A stretch of DNA of 64,000 nt from Chloroflexota bacterium (GTDB taxonomy: Bacteria > Chloroflexota > UBA11872 > VXOZ01). The stretch covers positions 3,424,001 to 3,488,000 of the forward strand of contig OY760183.1 in assembly GCA_963663275.1 (NCBI GenBank), written 5' to 3'. The translations under genes and the position numbers were made by a program. Positions 60,106 through 64,000 of this stretch are shown here, piece after piece. Below the pieces are notes generated by a model. It did no database searches and was not told the DNA's origin. It was given only the letters and a program-made list of their open reading frames with translations. Position 1 is the stretch's first letter, and each line of letters opens with the position of its first letter.

Positions 60106-60741
60106 CTAGCCGCGGCGCTTGCGCAGCTCCGCCCAGACGTCGTCCGGCGAGAGGCCGGCGTCGGCGAGCAGCACGAGCGCGTGGTAGAAGAGGTCGGCGA
60201 CCTCGCCGGGGAGGCTCCCGGTGTCCTGCGTCGCCGCGGAGAGCGCGACCTCCACGCCCTCCTCGCCCACCTTCTGCGCCATGCGCGCCGTGCCGCTCTC
60301 GAACAGCGACGTGGTGTAGCTGCCCTCCGGGCGCTCCTGCTGTCGCTGGCGTATGACCTGGAAGACCTCCGAGAGCACGCCGGGCCCCGCGTCGCTGCGC
60401 TCGTACTCCGGCGAGTCCGGGAGCGTCGTGAAGAAGCACGAGCGCTTGCCGGTGTGGCACGCCGGGCCGTCCGCCCGCACCTGGAACAGCAGCACGTCGC
60501 CATCGCAGTCGACCTGCGCCGACGAGACGTGCAGGAACGCGCCGGACGTCGCGCCCTTGTGCCAGGGCGCCTGGCGCGAGCGGCTGTAGAAGTGCATCTC
60601 GCCCGACTCCAGCGTGCGCGCGACCGCGTCCGGGTTCATGTACGCGACCATCAGCACCTCGCCGGTGGCCTCGTCCTGGCATATCGCCGGCACGAGCCCC
60701 TGGGCGTCCAGCTGTATCCGTGGGTTGTCTGCGGTCGTCAT
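60106..60741 (-). CDS. hisIE: Bifunctional phosphoribosyl-AMP cyclohydrolase/phosphoribosyl-ATP pyrophosphatase
   Basis: GLVPAI.QD, SRSRQ.W.KG.TSG, DCDGD, ACHTG..SCF, KVGEE..E. Confidence 0.95.
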   Translation of the reverse strand: MTTADNPRIQLDAQGLVPAICQDEATGEVLMVAYMNPDAVARTLESGEMHFYSRSRQAPWHKGATSGAFLHVSSAQVDCDGDVLLFQVRADGPACHTGKRSCFFTTLPDSPEYERSDAGPGVLSEVFQVIRQRQQERPEGSYTTSLFESGTARMAQKVGEEGVEVALSAATQDTGSLPGEVADLFYHALVLLADAGLSPDDVWAELRKRRG

Positions 60742-60767
60742 CGGGTCCCTCCCGCGTTCGCGGCGCG

Positions 60768-61508
60768 TCAGTCCAGCAGCGCCGGGATCTCGGACAGATC
60801 GCTCACGACGTGGTCCGGCGGCAGCAGCGCGCCGTTCTCCGGCGGCGGCGTGCGCCCCGGCGTGTCCTGCGTTCGTTGCACGAGCACGGTCTGCATGCCG
60901 GCCAGCTTCGCCCCGTGCGCGTCGTCGTACGGCGAGTCGCCCACGTAGAGCACCGCTTCCGGCGCGACGTCCATCTCCCGGAGGAAGCGGGCGAAGATGC
61001 GCGGGTCCGGCTTGTAGGCGCACGCCTCCTCCGACGAGAGGACGTAGGAGAAGCAGTCCCAGCCGTTGTGCGCGATCGTCCCGTGCAGGAAGCGGTCGTC
61101 CGCGTTGGAGAGCACGGCGAGCGTGCGCGTCCTCCCCAGCGCTTCGAGCGCGTCGTTCGTCTCGGGGAAGGCGTCCCTGGCGGCGAGCGCGGTCACGCTG
61201 TCGGACGCGGCCTGCTCCGCGTCGCCGGTCAGCCCCATCGCCTCGAACGTCTGCGCGAAGGCGTCGCGCCACGCTTCCCAGTACGTCCTGAACGGCGGGC
61301 TCGACTCGGGGTCGGCCATGTTCGTGCGCGTCTTGCGGAACTGCACGTCGCGGATGGCCCACTCCTTCCAGAACGCGAGGGCGTCCACGGGCAGGCGTTG
61401 CCCGTCCACGATCGCCTTGTGCGCCATCTGCCATTCCGCCGTGTCGTTCTTCACGAGCGTGCTGAACATGTCGAAGGCGACGATTTCGATGTTGCGGAGG
61501 TCCGTCAT
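60768..61508 (-). CDS. HAD family hydrolase (haloacid dehalogenase type II-like)
   Basis: FDMFSTL, LSNAD, YKPDP, VGDS..DD..GA. Confidence 0.85.
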   Translation of the reverse strand: MTDLRNIEIVAFDMFSTLVKNDTAEWQMAHKAIVDGQRLPVDALAFWKEWAIRDVQFRKTRTNMADPESSPPFRTYWEAWRDAFAQTFEAMGLTGDAEQAASDSVTALAARDAFPETNDALEALGRTRTLAVLSNADDRFLHGTIAHNGWDCFSYVLSSEEACAYKPDPRIFARFLREMDVAPEAVLYVGDSPYDDAHGAKLAGMQTVLVQRTQDTPGRTPPPENGALLPPDHVVSDLSEIPALLD

Positions 61509-61512
61509 CGCC

Positions 61513-62352
61513 TCAGTGGACCTCGCGCGTGGGGATGCCCTGCGCCGCCAGCGAACGCTTCACGTCCGCGATGACGTGCCGGCCGTAGTGGAAGATGGAC
61601 GCTGCGAGCGCCGCGTCGGCGTGGCCGTCGGTCACCGCCTGCGCGAGATGCTCGATGCAGCCCGCGCCGCCGCTCGCGATGACGGGGACGGGGACGGCGT
61701 CGGCCACCGCGCGGGTGAGCTCGAGGTCGTAGCCGTCCTGGTGGCCGTCGGCGTCCATGCTCGTCAGCAGCACCTCGCCCGCGCCGAGCTCGGCCGTATA
61801 CTCCGCCCAGCGCACCGCGTCGATGCCCGTCGGCGTGCGTCCGCCGTGGATGTACACCTCCCACTGCGACTCCGGGCCAACGGCGAGCGCTCCCTTGCCG
61901 GGGTGCCCGTCCGCGAGCAGCGACGGGTCCGCCGCCGGACTGTCCGGCGCGATGCGGCGAGCGTCGATCGCGATGACGAGGCACTGGTTGCCGAACGCCG
62001 CAGTCGCCGCCGCGAACGCGTCGGGGTTCAGCACCGCCGCGGTGTTCATCGACACCTTGTCGGCGCCCGCGTTCAGCAGCTTCCGCACGTCCTCGACGGT
62101 GCGCACGCCCCCGCCGACCGTCAGCGGGATGAACACCTGCTCCGATACGTGCTCGACCACGTCGATGATCGTGTCGCGCCCGTCCGAGCTGGCGGTGATG
62201 TCGAGGAAGACGAGTTCGTCCGCGCCCTCGCGGTCGTAGAAGGCCGCGAGCTCGACCGGGTCTCCGGCGTCGCGCAGGTTGACGAACGACGCGCCCTTGA
62301 CGACGCGCCCGCCGGTGACGTCGAGGCACGGGATGATGCGCTTGGTGAGCAT
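61513..62352 (-). CDS. hisF: Imidazole glycerol phosphate synthase cyclase subunit
   Basis: [44 protein letters not shown]. Confidence 0.97.
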   Translation of the reverse strand: MLTKRIIPCLDVTGGRVVKGASFVNLRDAGDPVELAAFYDREGADELVFLDITASSDGRDTIIDVVEHVSEQVFIPLTVGGGVRTVEDVRKLLNAGADKVSMNTAAVLNPDAFAAATAAFGNQCLVIAIDARRIAPDSPAADPSLLADGHPGKGALAVGPESQWEVYIHGGRTPTGIDAVRWAEYTAELGAGEVLLTSMDADGHQDGYDLELTRAVADAVPVPVIASGGAGCIEHLAQAVTDGHADAALAASIFHYGRHVIADVKRSLAAQGIPTREVH

Positions 62353-62394
62353 AGTCCTAACAGGATAACGGACGCGCCCCGAGAGCGGAGCGGC

Positions 62395-63033
62395 TTACGC
62401 TGTCCACTGCACGTTGCCGTGCAGGTCCGCGGGCTGCGGCTTGCTCTTGAAGACGGCGAACTCCGCCTTCGACGCCGCGAGGGTCGTGTCTGCGCCGTGG
62501 CCGGGCAGCACGAGCGAGCCGTCGGGCAGCGTGAGCAGCCGTTCCTCGATGCTCTGTACGACCTGCCGGAGGTCGTCCGGCGTGTTCGTGCGCCCGGGGC
62601 CGCCGGGGAAGAGCGTGTCGCCGGAGACGAGCGTGCCGTCGGCGAAGAGGCAGACCGCGCCGGGCGTGTGCCCCGGCGTGTGCAGGATGCGGATGCGCGT
62701 CGCGCCGACGTGCAGTTCGTCGTTGTGGGCGAGCAGCGCGTCCGGCTCGCCGGGCAGCCTGCGGGCGTCGCTCTCGTGCACCGAGACGGGGAGGTCGGTG
62801 AGCCGCTTGAGGTCGGCGTAGCCCGCGACGTGGTCCGGGTGCGTGTGCGTGACGACGACGCCCTTCACCTGGAAGCCGTCCGCCTCGCTCAACAGCCGCT
62901 CGACCTCCGCCGGCGCGTCGACGAGGTACGCCTCCTTCGTGGCCGGGTCGGCGATGACGTAGCCGTTGTTGTCGTACGGCCCCATGCCGGCGACCTTGAA
63001 CACGAGATGCGGGCCATCGTAGACGAGCGTCAT
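62395..63033 (-). CDS. MBL-fold metallo-hydrolase (glyoxalase II-like)
   Basis: THTHPDHV, HTPGHTPG, SGDTLF, LPGHG. Confidence 0.9.
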   Translation of the reverse strand: MTLVYDGPHLVFKVAGMGPYDNNGYVIADPATKEAYLVDAPAEVERLLSEADGFQVKGVVVTHTHPDHVAGYADLKRLTDLPVSVHESDARRLPGEPDALLAHNDELHVGATRIRILHTPGHTPGAVCLFADGTLVSGDTLFPGGPGRTNTPDDLRQVVQSIEERLLTLPDGSLVLPGHGADTTLAASKAEFAVFKSKPQPADLHGNVQWTA

Positions 63034-63055
63034 GCGCTGCTCCTCCGTAAACTTC

Positions 63056-64000
63056 CTACCGCAGCGCCGGCAGCACCTCTGCGGCGGCGAGGCGTATCGC
63101 GCCCTCGACGACCTCGCGCGGCGTGCCCGGCCACCCGAAGCGCAGCGACGCGTGCGTAACGCCCACGTCCGCGAAGCGCTGGAGGTCGGCGGTGACGTCG
63201 TCCGGGCTCCCGACGATGAAGCGCCCCGCGGCCAACTCCTCGAACGGCGCGGTGAAGTCCTCCTCGCCGGGGAGCGCCTTGTCCTGACCCCACGCGGCGT
63301 ACGCCTTGTACTTGCCTTCGAGGAACGGGCGCGCCGTCGCGATCGCCTCCTCACGTGTTGGCGCGACGAACGTCTCGCGCGACATCGGCAGCGTGTCGAC
63401 GGGCGGGTGGCCGTGCTCGGCGCGCACTGTCTTGTACAGCTCCACCTGCCGCGCCAGCGTGTCGAACGGCGCGTGCGGGTTCAGGTACCACGTCTCGCCG
63501 TTGCGGGCGATGCGGCGCACCATGCCGTCGCCGTTCGCGGCGATCCAGATGCGCGGGTGCGGCTGCTGGATGGGGCGTATGCCGAGGTGCACGCCGGTGA
63601 CCTTCGTGAAGCGGCCCTCGAACGTCACCTCGCCGCCGGCCCAGAGCTGCTTGGCGAGGCGCAGGTTCTCGAACATCCGCGCGATGCGGTCCTCGTGCGT
63701 GACGCCGAACGCCTCGTACTCCTCGTCGCGGTAGCCGAGCGCGGCGTTGACGATGACGCGCCCGTTCGTGAGCACGTCGAGCGTTGCGACGTCCTCGGCC
63801 ATCTGCACGGGGTTCTGCAGCGGAATGAGGACGGTCGAGAGCATGTCCATGTCGCCGGTCTCGGCGCTGATGCGGGCGAGCGCGATGAGCGGCTGCAGCA
63901 TCTGGAACGGGTGCGAGAGGTAGTGCTGCCCGGCGTAGATGTAGTCGAAGCCGAGTTCGCGCCCGACGCGCACGAGGTGGAGCACGTCGGCGAAGCGCTG
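63056..64000 (-). CDS. LLM-class flavin-dependent oxidoreductase (5' end outside window)
   Basis: GFD...GQH, P..MAEDVATLDVL..GR, LGYR.EEY..FG, P.QQPHPRIW. Confidence 0.9.
   Translation of the reverse strand, partial: QRFADVLHLVRVGRELGFDYIYAGQHYLSHPFQMLQPLIALARISAETGDMDMLSTVLIPLQNPVQMAEDVATLDVLTNGRVIVNAALGYRDEEYEAFGVTHEDRIARMFENLRLAKQLWAGGEVTFEGRFTKVTGVHLGIRPIQQPHPRIWIAANGDGMVRRIARNGETWYLNPHAPFDTLARQVELYKTVRAEHGHPPVDTLPMSRETFVAPTREEAIATARPFLEGKYKAYAAWGQDKALPGEEDFTAPFEELAAGRFIVGSPDDVTADLQRFADVGVTHASLRFGWPGTPREVVEGAIRLAAAEVLPALR

Overview
High-GC bacterial window with no rRNA, tRNA, CRISPR array, integrase or transposase. The gene content (five amidohydrolase_2 paralogues, LLM and F420-type oxidoreductases, a CoxL-like molybdoenzyme, a Rieske oxygenase, Pro/Thr-rich lipoproteins, many apparently leaderless genes) resembles Chloroflexota of the Dehalococcoidia/SAR202 type; this is an inference, not a database result. 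The backbone carries opp/dpp ATPases, ruvC-ruvA, an Aap-type amino-acid ABC transporter, a Fe3+/PotA-class ABC transporter, uvrA, accC/accB-like genes and hisF-hisIE. Three visibly lower-GC defence islands interrupt it. (1) ~12.3-15.6 kb: a DUF2442/DUF4160 pair and a membrane-anchored Mrr nuclease fused to ~8 ankyrin repeats. (2) ~36.9-41.4 kb: two Fic-wHTH paralogues and a third fic 3'-end remnant, enclosing DpnI, an unknown ORF and a BECR/DUF2283-like toxin-antitoxin pair. (3) ~47.1-56.7 kb: an Mza-type system (HATPase, Z1, DUF4420, AIPR) with divergent dcm-vsr. The most unusual non-coding signal is a ~47-bp element found three times, always just 3' of a defence operon and followed by short iterated motifs; two copies bracket the Mza island in inverted orientation. 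A GlcG + 3xRidA single-chain fusion is the most unusual metabolic gene. Four single-base frameshifts fall in homopolymers and are probably read errors.
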